Assembly (NCBI GenBank): GCA_024679065.1
Contig: JAGIQG010000043.1
Location: forward strand, 1,922,001 to 1,986,000
From: Sphyrna mokarran
Lineage: Eukaryota
Reading direction: 5' to 3'
DNA length: 64,000 nucleotides
Shown here: positions 1 through 12,789 of the stretch, piece after piece
How the letters are laid out: every line of letters starts with the position of its first letter
How positions within the stretch are numbered: the stretch's first letter is position 1
Notes under the pieces: generated by a model
Database searches by the model: none
Seen by the model: only the letters and a program-made list of their open reading frames with translations
What the model was told of the DNA's origin: nothing
Position numbers and translations under genes: made by a program

Positions 1-30
1 GATTAGATAGATAGAAGATAGATAGATAGA

Positions 31-337
31 TAGAACAATACAGCACAGAACAGGCCCTTCGGCCTTCGATGTTGTGCCGACCAAAATAAAAAGCAATGCC
101 CCTCCTAACTAAACCATTCCCTTCTCATCCATATACTTATCAACTAACCTCTTAAACGCCACCAAACTTGGCGCATCTACAACAGCTGCAGGCAGGGCAT
201 TCCACTCCCTAATCACTCTTTGAGTAAAGAACCTACCTCTGATATCCGTCCTATAACTCATACCCCTTAATTTAAAGTTGTGTCCCCTCGTGCTAGCTTT
301 TTCCATCCTAGGAAAAAGGCTATCACTGTCCACCCTA
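31..337 (-). mobile_element. CR1-clade LINE 3' end fragment (young subfamily)
   Basis: ORF2 C-terminus ...FFTQRVIREWNALP... plus 3' UTR, near-identical to 61815-62120. Confidence 0.9.
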
Positions 338-338
338 A

Positions 339-1255
339 ATTAGTAAATTTGCGGATGACACCAAAGTCGGTGGAGTGGTAGATAGTGAAGAGGGGTGTTA
401 TAATTTGCAGAGAGACTTGGACAAGTTACAGAGCTGGGCCGAGAGGTGGCAAATGGAGTTTAATGTGGAAAAGTGTGAGGTAATGCACTTTGGCAGGAAT
501 AATAAATGTGTAGAGTATAGGGCTAATGATAGGATTCTTAATAGTGTTGATGAACAAAGGGATCTTGGTGGATATGTGCATAGATCCCTGAAAGTAGGCA
601 GTCAAGTCGATGAGGCTGTCAAGAAGGCATACAGAGTCTTAGCTTTTATTGGTAGGGGGTTTGATTTTCGGAGCTGCAGCGTCATGTTGCAACTGTGCAA
701 AACTCGAGTGCGGCCGCACTTGGAGTATTGTGTGCAGTTCTGGTCCCCACGTTATAAGAAAGATTTGGAGGCATTGGAGAGGGTACAGAGGAGGTTTACC
801 AGGATGTTGCCTGGTATGGAGGGCAGGTCTTATGAAGAGAGGCTGAGGGATTTGATGCTGTTTTCATTCGAAAGAAGGCGGCTAAGAGGAGACCTTATTG
901 AAACATATAAGATGATTAGAGGTTTAGATAGCGTGGGCAGTGATAGCCTTTTTCCTAGGATGGAGAAAGCTAGCACGAGGAGACACAGCTTTAAATTAAG
1001 GGGTGATAGTTATAGGACGGATATCAGAGGTAGGTTCTTTACCCAGAGGGTGGTTAGGGAGTGGAATGCCCTGCCTGCGGCAGTTGTAGATGCGCCAAGT
1101 TTGGTGGCGTTTAAGAGGTTAGTTGATAAGTTTATGGAAGAGAAGGGAATGGTTTAGTTTGGAGGGTCATTGCTTTTTTTTCATAATTGTTCGGCGCAAC
1201 ATCGAAGGCCGAAGGGCCTGTTCTGTGCTGTAATGTTCTGTAATCTACGTTCTAT
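339..1255 (+). mobile_element. 5'-truncated CR1 LINE (RT C-terminal part and 3' UTR)
   Basis: [21 protein letters not shown] and ERRRLRGDLIE motifs, followed by a CR1 3' tail. Confidence 0.92.
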
Positions 1256-1454
1256 GGTGCAGGTTCCATTAGGCGTTAAGAAAGCCTAGCAGGCGATAAG
1301 CCGTCCTCCTTTGCTCTCTGTTATTGATAACGCAGCCAGAAACGAAATTTGACATGGCAATCCTTTGGGCAGACTCCACCAACGCCCCTGCTTTCTAACG
1401 AGGCAAAGGAAATTCGGCAAGTCCGCTTTGATTCTAATCAAATGTTAATAATGT

Positions 1455-1932
1455 AGCACAATAAAGCATCCTTTCTGGATGGTTCAGACCTTGGCCTGGC
1501 TCCTGTTCCTACCAAGATCGCAAGGCACTACTATCAAAGATTATGTATTAAGCCCAGTCCAATGCACAAAGTAACATCTTTTCCAAGGAAGCGGAAAACA
1601 CTTTTCCAAGACACTTTCCGCTGATTTGGAAAATCAGCCAGCAGAACCAAAGATCCTTTGTACCCTGGACGTATACTTTTCTACCTCCTTCTGTCGGAAA
1701 AAAAAGATACAAATGTCTGAGATCACCGGCCAAGTTTCTTCCCTGCTGCCGTCAGACTGTTGACCTCTATTATATTAAGTTCATCTTTCTCCGCACCCCA
1801 GCTACGACTGTAACATTACACTGTGCACTTTCCTTTCCTTCTCTATAAACGGTATGCTTTGGCTGCATAGCGTGCAAGAGACAATCCTTTTCACTGTGTA
1901 CAAACATATATGATAGTAATAAATCAAATCAA
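1455..1932 (+). mobile_element. Rex1/Babar-type LINE 3' fragment with (AAATC)n tail
   Basis: Homologous to the longer copy at 55720-56510 and ends in aataaatcaaatcaaa. Confidence 0.65.
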
Positions 1933-2029
1933 ACATTCAGGCTTTCTTCAAATGAAGCGGAAACTGTTGAAACGATCTTAACTGCGTCATATCCCGGAAA
2001 CAGATCGTGAGATCTTAGTTGTCGATGCC

Positions 2030-2164
2030 CCGTTGCAGCCGTTTATACCAATAGATAACTCCCCCATGCCAACCAGCCCATGTGAAGGTGCACCTTGTAT
2101 GTTCATCCAAGCGACAGAGTCCGGATTGCTGGGGTCTGTGGCAAAACTGCGTGAGATGCAATAC
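2030..2164 (-). pseudogene. Broken V-set exon (5' half), second IgSF type
   Basis: Acceptor tctctttcag|, GIASHAVLPQTPAIRTLSLG* then a frameshift to CTFTWAGWHGGVIYWYKRL. LPQ-to-G and C-x13-W spacings match the A1 V exon. The YYC half is missing. Confidence 0.6.
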
Positions 2165-2464
2165 CTGAAAGAGACAAGGTTATCGCTGCATGTTCTGCTA
2201 CAGCAGGAAAGAGAACATCATTCCTCTGAAGAATTGGCAACAACAAAATATAACATACACCATCCTTTCATCAACAAATCACACTGAGTTCAAATGTTGA
2301 TGGTTAGATTTGAACCAATAACCCGTACAAAGGGTGAAGAGGAACAATGCACAAGCAATGAAGGGTAATATGTTTTGCTAATTGCAGCACAACAGTTGCG
2401 ATTACAAAGTTGGAAAGGAAAAAAAAAGCGAGGGCCGATGTGATACTGACCCAGCTAAGAGATC

Positions 2465-2790
2465 ATAGAACCCTGTAGTGCAGAAAGAGGTCCTTCCACC
2501 TATTGAGTCTGCACCGAACTCAACCCCACCCAGGCCCTACCCCCATGTATTATAACCACTAATCCTCTAACATACACATCACTAGACACTAAGGGACAAT
2601 TTGTTAGCATGGCCAATCAACCTAACCTGCACATCTTTGGACTGTGGGAGGAAACCGGAGTACCAGAAGGCAACCCACGCTGATATGAGGAGAACGTGCA
2701 AACTCCACTCAGATAGTGACCCGAGCCGGGAATCGAACCCAGGACCCTGGAGCTGTAGAAGCGGCAGTGCTAAACACTGTGCTACCACAC
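2465..2790 (-). mobile_element. HE1-type tRNA-derived SINE
   Basis: Head GGTAGCACAGTG...GGTTCGATTCCC (A/B boxes), core GGTTTCCTCCCACAGTCCAAAGATGTGCAGGTTAGG, CR1-like tail. Confidence 0.8.
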
Positions 2791-4310
2791 CGCTTCAAAT
2801 CATGGATTTGGTTTGGGGAATAACCCACTTGAAAATGCGTGGAAAACCAGCAACAACACATCACCCCCTGCCATCATCATCCCCTCACTTCACAACCCAC
2901 CCTCACACCACCCAAACCCAATCACCCTCTTGCGTTTATCAGTGGTACTAAATTGTCCCTTTGCGTGCAAAGATGCGTCAGTTAGATGATTTGGCTAAGG
3001 CAAATTTCCCCTATCTAACCAAAGATGAGTATATTAAATGGATGGTCCCTTAATGTCCAAAGGCATGCGATTAGATACAGATATGCAGATGGGGCCTGGG
3101 TGGAATTGTTGTCAGTGTTCGTTGGGTCAAATGACCTCCTTCTGCTCTGTAGGGATTCTACAATTCTATGATTCTGCTGATTGGTGCCTGAGGATCTTTT
3201 ACCTCCCAAAAGGGCAGATTGATTGTTCCTGTTGACCATCTCTTCTGAGATATTGGAGAATAGGGACACATAAGTGATTTTGAAGAATTAATTCCTTCAA
3301 CAGAAAATTGTTGCTAGTGTCATAATTAGGCTTGCATTTACACTTCCAATGAAGTTACAGTGAAAATCCCTTAGATCTTTTATCGTATTAGCACTTTCCT
3401 ATTTGATCTGTATTATCGCATCTCATGAGACCAGAGATCACAATTTTGACATCTTCCCCCTTTCATTGACCTAATAGTATTGCAGCCACATCCAATACTG
3501 AAGGTGGCGCTGTTCGCAGCCATTTCCTCCACACCAGTTAACTCTGATCAACACCAGCACAGCCACGTCAGGCGGTTCTGTTGACAAATACCACGTCTAC
3601 ATGAGATGGCTCTGTTCACAGTCACTCCCAATTTAATGGTTTCTCTCAAAGAGTCACTACATCTACAGTTGGTGAATATATTCTAGCCCTTAGGCAATCC
3701 TCTTCACTGCCACTCTCTCTACGGTAGCTGAACGGTTCCATCGAATCCCTTTTACCATTTCCCTTCCTGGGATAAAAAATGCAAGCATCTCCACAGTCTT
3801 CATACAACAGAAGATTCCATTCCTAGTGCCAAGATAGCAAATCGCTTTTGGGCACTTCTGACGGCCGTGATACCCTCCCGCTGTGGTTTTCCATTCATAA
3901 TTGTGCACAACATCCCTTCTTGGAAATGATGAGAATTTTCAAAGACTTACATACAAATTGCAGCCTGAATGTTCAATTCCTCTTCTGAGAAACGAATTGA
4001 ATATTTTTTTTACCAAATGACCCTCTCAATTCATCCTGTCAACTTCAATGTTTCAGAAACTGCTGTTCTCTATCTCTTCAATCTTTCATCCCCTTTAAGT
4101 TTTTAACCATATGCTTTATTGGTGCCTGAACTCTTCATAATGGAATGCATCACTTCGTTCTTCTGGGTTAATGTGGATCAGCCAAGTGGTTGGTTACGTT
4201 CGCCTGAAGTCAATAAGACCAGTTGACCATTAGTTGTAGGAGCAAAATTAGGCCATTTGGTCCAACGCGTCTGCTCCACCATCCGGTCATGGCTGATCAG
4301 TTTCTCATTC

Positions 4311-4625
4311 CATAGAAACCCTACAGTGCAGAAAGAGGCCACTCAGTCAATCGAGTCCGCACCAACAACAATCCCACCCAGGCCTGCTCCCCTATTTTAT
4401 CCGCTAATCCCTCTCACCTAAGCATCACACGACTCAAAGGGACAATTTAGCTTGGCCAATCCATCTAACCAGCAATCTTTGGATTGTGGGGGGAAACCGG
4501 AGCACCGGGAGGAAACCCATGCAGACACGGGGAAAATGTGCTAACTCTGCCGACACAGAGACCCGAACTGGGAATCGAACCCAGGTCCCTGGAGCTGTGA
4601 AGCAATAGTGCTAACCACTATGCTC
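4311..4625 (-). mobile_element. HE1-type SINE inserted into an older CR1 3' fragment
   Basis: Same head, core and tail as other copies, flanked by CR1 3' sequence (4230-4310 and 4630-5230). Confidence 0.75.
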
Positions 4626-5697
4626 CTGTTCCGAGCCATTCTCCCTCTTTTTCCCTGATATATTTGATACTCTTTCCAATCAAAAAACGCATCAATCTGT
4701 ATACTACCGTACTGCCCATTCTTCCGCCTTTCCCCTGTAACATTTGATTCTCCTACCAATCAAAAAAGCATCTATCTGTTAAATGCACTTAGGGTCCTGG
4801 CCTCCGGAGTCTTCTGCGGCAATGAATTTCACAGATTCACCAACCTCCGGCTGAAGTCATTACTCCTCATCTCAAATCTTAAGAATTGCCCCATTACTCT
4901 GAGGCGTGCCCTCGGATCCTAATCTTTCCTGCTAATGGAAGCATCTCCTCCACGTCCACTCTGTCCAGGCGTTTTAGTATTCTGCAAGTTTCAATGAGAT
5001 TCCTCGCCAACCCTTCTAAACTCCATTGAGTAGAAACCCATTGTCCTCAAACGCCCCTCACATTATCCGATAGATGTACCCTTACAGTTGTCCCAGGATC
5101 CCTGTAAATCTCGCCTATCCTCTTTTCAATAAAGCATCCTTCAGCAATGTAGGGATGCTATGGATCTTAAACCTTCTCAATAAAGTTTTATCCTTCCAGT
5201 AATGAGGTGACCTCAACTCCACACAGTATGTATGCTGTGGATACCTGAGTGAACCGCATTCAGCTCCACCCTCAGAACACCCACTCAGGCCGCTTTTCCC
5301 CTCAGACCTCGCACTCGGGTCCCCTTCACCCTCAGACCCACAACACAATACCCGTTTCCCTCACTCTTTCCAGTTCATTCCCTTGCCTGCTCAGACTTCC
5401 AACTCAGCCTTCTTCTGGTCATGCGTCTTGGCACCACTGCTTCAGGGAGGGCACTGTATTCTTGGCACAGCTGTCACCTGCCACTATGCACCAGCATTGA
5501 TATAATCACCTAAATAGGAAACGTTGGCATTTAGGAATCTGGGACACTTGCTGCATATCAGGTGGAGAACAACAAAGAAAGAGAAAGAAAATAAAAACGC
5601 AAGAACTAGCCCTTCGGCCCACCAAGCATGCGCGGATCATCGATCTAGAACAACCACCTCTGTTCATTGACTACCATCCTGTTGATGTGCCTCCCCG

Positions 5698-5842
5698 GAT
5701 AGATAGACAGATAGATAGATAGAGACAGAAAGACAGAGAGGGAAAGAGAGAGAGAGAGAGAGACGCTGACTGAATGGAGCGAGCGAGAGAGACAGAAAGA
5801 CAGAGAGAGGGAGAGAAAGACAGAAAGAGAGATGGTGAGAGA
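5698..5842. repeat. GATA/GA/GACA-rich microsatellite
   Basis: Direct inspection. Confidence 0.85.
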
Positions 5843-7117
5843 TAATTTTCAATCCTACCAATCATTGAACTCTAACATCTTCCCTTATTCCAATGTGATT
5901 CAGTGGTTGGAGGGAGGCTAATCTTCAGTATTCCCTCACTGTTCACATGTATTACAGCAGTTTCTATCCCCACCATGCAACTTTTACGGTGAGTCCTTTG
6001 CCCCTTGTCCTCCCTAATTGTACCATGCCCTCCTGTACCCATCATTCCTGCCTTCACACGATCCTAGATTTGTGGGAATTGGCAAAGGCCAAAGTTTTCC
6101 TTCAGTCAGAGAAGTGAATCTCCGGGGAAGTTGGGCTGCAGTGAGTGAGTGACACTGGCATTGTTTAGAATCTGAACTTCCAGCACGCTCTTTGCGAAGT
6201 CCGAGCAAATTTCCTGGGGCGTTAATGTCATCCAGTGAGATCTGGAGATGAAAGGAAAGAACAGCCGGTATGAGGGGATAGCGAGCATCGTTCTTTTTGC
6301 AGCTTCCCTGTGTGTCACAGGACTGCAGCAGGTTTAAATATGGATTACTTGGAAATATTTCTTCCAGCTGCTGCTGGGGATCCTGACCCTTGCGTGAACT
6401 CACCCTTCCCATTCCTTTCCCTGATCTGGTGCGGGACTGTGAATGAAGGGACTTCCAGGAAGTGTTCCAACATCCAATACACAGTTAGAATTTGATGGGT
6501 GTGGCGGTAGTTTTCCTTAAAAAAAGTTTTTTTTTTATTTGAATCATGATCTCTGCAGATCTCACCGTTAGTTTTTCTCAGCTCATAGCCTGAGATGATG
6601 TCATTGGTAGGAAGAGAAAAAAAGTGTGCCAATCAGGTGAGGAAGTTTGGTTTTAAGTTGTTTTGGCCGCTGCGTCATAAGCAGAGCCTCATGAAGTCTC
6701 TCTGTCTTCTGTTTTATTTTATTTATTGGTCAATAGAAACATTTGATGCAGCGTTATAATCGAAGAAAAAATGATTTTATTTACATAAAGGAATGTTCAA
6801 ACAATTAACAATCTCACCAGTCACTGGAGTTCCACAATATGCCATTGAAGATTTTGAAAAAAAAACAAGGAATTACTTAGTGTGTTACTTCACACTTGTA
6901 TGGCCTTAATACTGTAAAATATCTTTCACAAAGCTGATGAAACTCGTTATACGTTTGACAAAATGAGTCAGTCTTTCTAATCTGTGGCCAGTATGCGAGG
7001 AACATTTAGCAGTTTGACGGGGATGTACTTGCTCCCATGTTGATATCCACAGGGCAGAACACACATTAGTAATCCCAGTCTCGTGTATAATACATCACAG
7101 ACAAAACACACAGATTC

Positions 7118-8908
7118 TCATTTCCGGATCTTCTTTTTTGACCTTTTTTCCAATGCAGCCAAATCCAGGGAGATGTAGAGAGGTCCATCCTGAGACTGGG
7201 AAATATATTAAATAGAAATGCTCGAAGTGGTTAAAATAAAGGACTGTTTCCCAAAATTCATTTCGATGTATTTATTACAGGGGGTTCATTGCACTCACCT
7301 GTATTCTACGCTGCGTTTTCAAGTTTGCCACTTTTTGACCGTCATCCCCTGTGAGTTAAGGGTTAAATTACGAATTGAAATGTCACCCAAGCTATAGAAT
7401 CTGTAAGTACATAGAAACATCGCGCGCCAATGACCACCTGTTTGTCAACAATTTAACGTGTGTTTTACAGAATCAGAAGTGTGCTTACATTAACTCTGCA
7501 AAGATGTTCCTATAAAAATCTCTCTCTCGCCACATCCCAGTGTTTGTTTTCCTGCACTGAGAGAGAACTTAGCATTGCCAACTCACCTAAGTAGCACCTC
7601 GTTTGGATTGTGGGCGGAGCACATGGAAAAAACACACGCGCACACAGGGAAAACATGCAGACTCGGCATAGACAGATACTCAAGCTAGGAATCGAACAAA
7701 GGTCCCTGATTTTGCGGGAGAGCAGTGCGAAGTACTGTGCCACCATGTCATTGCTTTAGGTTGCTAGGCTACAATCATTAACACACAGTCCACTGAAATT
7801 TCACCAACGTGACAAATATTCCACAATTCTTCAGAGGCAGTTAGATATGACATTGCACGTGAAGGGGACCAAAGGATGTGGGGAGAAGGCGCGATCATGC
7901 TATTGAATTGGGTGATCACCCATGATCATAGTGAATGGCGAAGCAGCAGCGAAGGACAGATTGGTATCTTCCTGCTCCTATTTTGAATGTTTCTAAGTTA
8001 AGTGGCCAATGGATGAATGAGGAAAATCTCATGCCATTATCTGTCGCTGATTGTCCACCACAGGGCGGCACGGTAGCACGGTGGTTAGCACTGCTGCTTC
8101 ACAGCCCCAGGGACCTGAGTTCGATTCCTAGCTTGGGTCACTGCCTGTGTAGGGTTTGCACATACTTCTCGTTTCCTCCGGGTGCTCCGATTTCCTCCCA
8201 CAGTCCAAAGATGTGCGGGTCTGGTTGATTGGCCTTAGTGTTCTGAGATGCGTGTGTTCGAGGGGTTAGCGGGTGAATATTGAGGTAGAGCGGGGTGGAA
8301 TTGTGTTCAGTACAGAATCGATGGACCAAATGGCCTATTTCTGTACAGTAGAGTTTCTATCATATGTGTTAGTATCAACAATTTCCCCGTTTATGAAACC
8401 AACCTCTGCACGCCTCGATGATATGTTTTTGTGTGGCAAAGCTCAAATTTGATGCGGGAAAAGAATACCAAATGAATGTTCTATCTGGTCTATCACATCT
8501 CAGATGCTGCACATTGTTGAAAGTAGGATTGTCCGATGATCTTATATAATTCATAGAAAATAGAGGCACACACTCTGGAATTTGTTTTCGGATTGAAGTA
8601 AGTCTGACAAAGTATAAGAGAGAGCAGGAGGGGACAATGAACAATGTTGAACTTTGCACACTGTTCTCATACGTTTCATTTGGGGACCCTATATGTCTGT
8701 CTTCTGAAATAGAAGAAAATATAATGAGCTAATTAAAAACTGCCAAGAGGAAATCATACTGAGGAAAAAGATATTAAATTTTCTCAGGGAATCATTAATC
8801 CTCACCTGATCTACCATTTTTTACAACTCCAAATGAAAATGAAGACTGACAGTTGAATCAATATGACTAGGACACGAATTCCAGAAGAAACGACCTCTCT
8901 GCACCAAT
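7118..8908 (-). pseudogene. Paralogous TM-cytoplasmic cassette A2 (exons 8908-8806, 8703-8673, 7348-7299, 7195-7118); TM with Arg and premature stop; no V/C1 exons found
   Basis: Exon-by-exon homology to A1 exons 4, 5, 7 and 8 with splice sites intact. A 1-nt insertion at 8816 gives ...WSCKKW* (TAG at 8813-8811). The exon-6 homolog is absent. Confidence 0.75.
8063..8358 (+). mobile_element. HE1-type SINE
   Basis: GGCGGCACGGTAGCACGGTGGTTAGCACTGCTGCTTCACAGC head, GAGTTCGATTCC B-box, HE1 core. Confidence 0.8.
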
Positions 8909-9774
8909 CTAAAGAGAAGATAAAAACACTTAGAAAATGTGTAGTGAAAGGTCAGCTTGATATAAGGTAAAAGTAAACCACTGCGGACGCTGGAATCTGA
9001 AAGAGAAACAGAAAATACTGGAAAATTTCAGCAGGTCTGACAGAGTCTGAGGAGACAGAATAGAACCAACGATTCGAGTCCAGATAACTTTTCATCAGAG
9101 CTTTGAAGAAGGGTCATCTACACACGAGCTGTGAAGGGGACAATATATTCTGCATCCTCACATTTATTTCTCCCCTATATAGTCTATGAACAGTATGCCT
9201 TGTCTGTGCAGCGTGCAAGAGAGAATGTTAGAACATAGAACATCGAATATTACAGCCAGTACAGGCCGTTCGGCCCTCGATGTTGCGCCGGCCAGCGGAC
9301 CCTCTAACCTAAACTATTCCAATATCATCCATATGCCGATCCACCGACCATTTGAATGCCCCCAAAGTAGGCCAGTCCACAAACTGGTGCAGGCAGGGCA
9401 TTCCACGCCCTCAAAACCCTCTGTGTAAAGAACCTGCCTCTGAAATATTCGCTCAATTCTCTACCCACAGATGCCGTCAGAACTTCTGAGATTTTTCAGC
9501 ATTTTCTGATTTGGTATAAGGTCTGACGGCAGCAAGGGAGAAGCTGCTCTTCCGTCTGTTTGTACGTGATGTCAAACTTTGGTATATTTTCCTCGATGAA
9601 ATAAGGTGGAAGAGATAATGTCCGGGCTGAGTGCTATCCTTGATTATGTTGACAGCTTTTCTAAGACAGTGAGAAGTGTAGATTTGCTTCACTCCTTTTC
9701 GGTTCTGTGACTCGATTTCGAATCTCTGGATCTTCTATGCTTTCCTAACAGCCTGACATCTCCAATGATTTGCA

Positions 9775-10305
9775 GGTGGCAGCATGGTGTTACAGTGATT
9801 TTCAGTGCTGTCTCACAGGGCCAGGGAACCTTGTTCTATTCCCGCCTTGGGTGCTTGTCTGTGTGGAGTTGGCACATTTCCCCCTCTCTATATGTCTTTC
9901 CTTCGGCTGCTCTGCTTTCCCCCCACAGTCCAAAAATGGGCAGGTTAGTTGGATTGCGCCTTAGTGTCCATCAATGTGTGGTTTCGTTGGATTGGCCAAG
10001 CTAAATTACCCCTTAGTGTGCAGCAATGTGCCGATTAGTTGGATTGGCCATTCTAAGTTGCCCATTAGTGTCCAGCAATGCTTGGTTTAGAATGATTGGC
10101 CACGCTAAATTGCCCTGTAATTGTTCAGAATGTGCATATTGGATGGATTTGCCATGCTAAACTGCCACTTAGCATCCCAAGGTGCGTAGGTTACGGGGAT
10201 TCGCGGCTAAGTATGTGGGTTATGGGGATGGGGCCTGGGTCAGATGAAAGTCAGTGAGGACTTGATGAGGTAAAGGTCCTCCTTCTTCACTGTAGGATTG
10301 TATAA
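9775..10305 (+). mobile_element. HE1-type SINE with internal ~52-bp tandem repeats
   Basis: Repeated units ...GGATTGGCCATGCTAAATTGCCCCTTAGTGTCC... Confidence 0.7.
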
Positions 10306-10494
10306 TTTGAATAGATTCACGGCCAGGTAATTATTTTCCGAGTGATGAAAGAGTTGGAATCGTTTCCAACAATCCAAATTCAATATTTGCTCTTAATTCA
10401 GATAAAAGAGAAACAATGGGAAGAGCTAATCCAGTCAATCCCTCGAGCGTATTGCCATATGATGATGGGGGATTAATAATGATTTATAATGTTA

Positions 10495-11479
10495 CATAGA
10501 ACATAGAACATTACAGCACAGAACAGGCCCTTCGGCCTTCGATGTTGCGCCGACCATTATAAAAAGCAATGCCCCTCCAAACTAAACCATTCCCTTCTCT
10601 TCCATATACTTATCAACTAACCTCTTAAACGCCACCAAACTTGCGCATCCACAACTGCTGCAGGCAGGGCATTCCACTCCCGAACCACCCTTTGGGTAAA
10701 GAACCTACCTCTGATATCCGTCCTATAACTATCACCCCTTAATTTAAAGCTGTGTCCCCTCGTGCTAGCTTTCTCCATCCTAGGAAAAAGGTATCACTGT
10801 CCACCCTATCTAAACCTCTAATCATCTTATATGTTTCGATTAGGTCTCCTCTTAGCCGCCTCCTTTCTAATGAAAACAACCTCAAATCCCTCAGCCTCTC
10901 CTCATAAGACCTGCCCTCCATACCAGGCAACATCCTGGTAAACCTCCTCTGTACCCTCTCCAATGCCTCCACATCTTTCTTATAATGTGGGGACAGAACT
11001 GCACACAATACTCCAAGTGCGGCCGCACTAGAGTTTTGTACAGTTGCAACATGACGTTGCGGCTCCGAAATTCAATCCCTCTCCCAATAAAAGCCAAGCC
11101 TCCATATGCCTTCCTAACAACCTTCTCGACCTGACTGCCTACTTTCAGGGATCTATGCACATACACACCAAGATCCCTCTGTTCATCTAGACTACTAAGA
11201 ATCCTACCATTTGCCCTATACTCTACACATTTATTATTTCTGCTATAGTGCATTACCTCATACTTTTCCACATTAAACTCCATTTGCCACCTCTCGGCCC
11301 AGCTCTGCAACTTGTCCAAGTCCCTCTGCAAACTATAACACCCCTCTTCACTATCTACCACTCCACCGACTCTAGTGTCATCTGCAAATTTACTAATCCA
11401 TCCTTCAATACCCTCATCCAGATCATTTATAAAAATTACAAACAGCAGGGGCCCCAAAACAGACCTCTGAGGTACACCA
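10495..11479 (-). mobile_element. 5'-truncated CR1 LINE (young subfamily, frameshifted)
   Basis: GPLLFVIFINDLD, FADDT and RPHLEYC motifs, with a (TTCTATG)n tail. Confidence 0.92.
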
Positions 11480-11874
11480 TACTGACATGAGGGAAAATTG
11501 TCCCCTTTTTTGTTTCAAAGATGCAGGTTAGGTGGATGGCCATGCTAAAGTGCCCCCTAGTGTCCAAAGATTTGTGAAGGTTAGGTGGATTAGCCATGTA
11601 CTACGCGACACAGTGTAGGGAAAAAGTGAGGATGTGGAGTGTGTAAAATGCCTGTAAGGATTATGTTCTGAAATTCCTGCCAGTTCAAAAATCTAACACT
11701 GAGAGTTACCCGCCGGCGAGAGGATACATTAGCAGGAAACACCAAATGGTCAATGGTCCTCGAAGCTGTAGAACATTCTGACTTGGAAATATATCACTGT
11801 TCCTTCACTTCCTCCCTAACATGAACGTAAGTGAACACAATTTATACTCCAGGAGCTAAAAGGGCGGGACGTCA

Positions 11875-12652
11875 TAGAATCATTGAATCCTACAAAGCAG
11901 AAGGATTCCCATCGTGTCTGCACTGAGAACAAATCCACGCCACCACTATCCCCATTACCCCATGCATTTACCCTCGCTAGCCTCTCTTAAATTGAAGGGT
12001 AATTTAACATAGTCAATCCACCGAGCCCACACATCTTTGGACATTATGAGGCAATTTAACATGGCCAATCCACCTAACACGCACATCTTTGGACACTTTA
12101 GGGGCAATTTAGCATGGCCAATCCACGTAACACGGACACCTTTGGGCACTAAGGGCCAATTTAGCATAGTCAATCCACCTGACCTGCACATGTTTGGACA
12201 CTAAGGGACAATTTAGCACGACCAATCCACTTAATCTGCACATCCTTGGCCACTAAGGGGCTATTTAGCATGACCAATCCACCCAGCCTGCACATTTTTG
12301 AGCACGAAGTGGCAATTTGACATGGTAAATCTACTTAACTGGCAAATTTTAGCTTCATACAGCCCCTACAATGCCGAAGGAGGCATTCGAGTCTGCATCA
12401 AACACAATCTCCGTCAGCTTTATCCCCTTAACCGCATGCATTTACACTGTCTTGACACTAAGGGGAAATTTAGCATGGCCAATCCATCTAGCCTGCATAT
12501 GTTTGGACTATAGTTGGAAACCGGAGCACCCGGAGGAAATCCACGCAGAGACGGGGAGAACGTACAAATTCCAAACAGACGGTGACTCAAGATATGAATT
12601 GAACCCGACTCCCTGGCGTCGGGATCCAGCCCTGCTGGCGACTGTGCCACCT
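11875..12652 (-). mobile_element. HE1-type SINE with about 7-8 copies of an internal ~52-bp unit
   Basis: Unit CACATCTTTGGACACTAAGGGGCAATTTAGCATGGCCAATCCACCTAACCTG repeated over about 11995-12350. Confidence 0.8.
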
Positions 12653-12789
12653 CATTCTTTGGGCATCATCATCTTCGAAAGAACAATACACCCTGCCCTT
12701 GCCAAGGAAGTTTGCATCCCAAGAATGAATTGAAATTTAGCTGAAGTTGGAAACATATCAATTACTGTACTATAACGCTCCCGGAAGAG

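Noticed and set aside
8063-8140. tRNA genes
   Set aside because: The A/B-box heads continue into SINE core and LINE-derived tail, so they are SINEs.
11995-12350. CRISPR-like regularly spaced repeats
   Set aside because: The units are contiguous without unique spacers and lie inside a SINE in vertebrate DNA.
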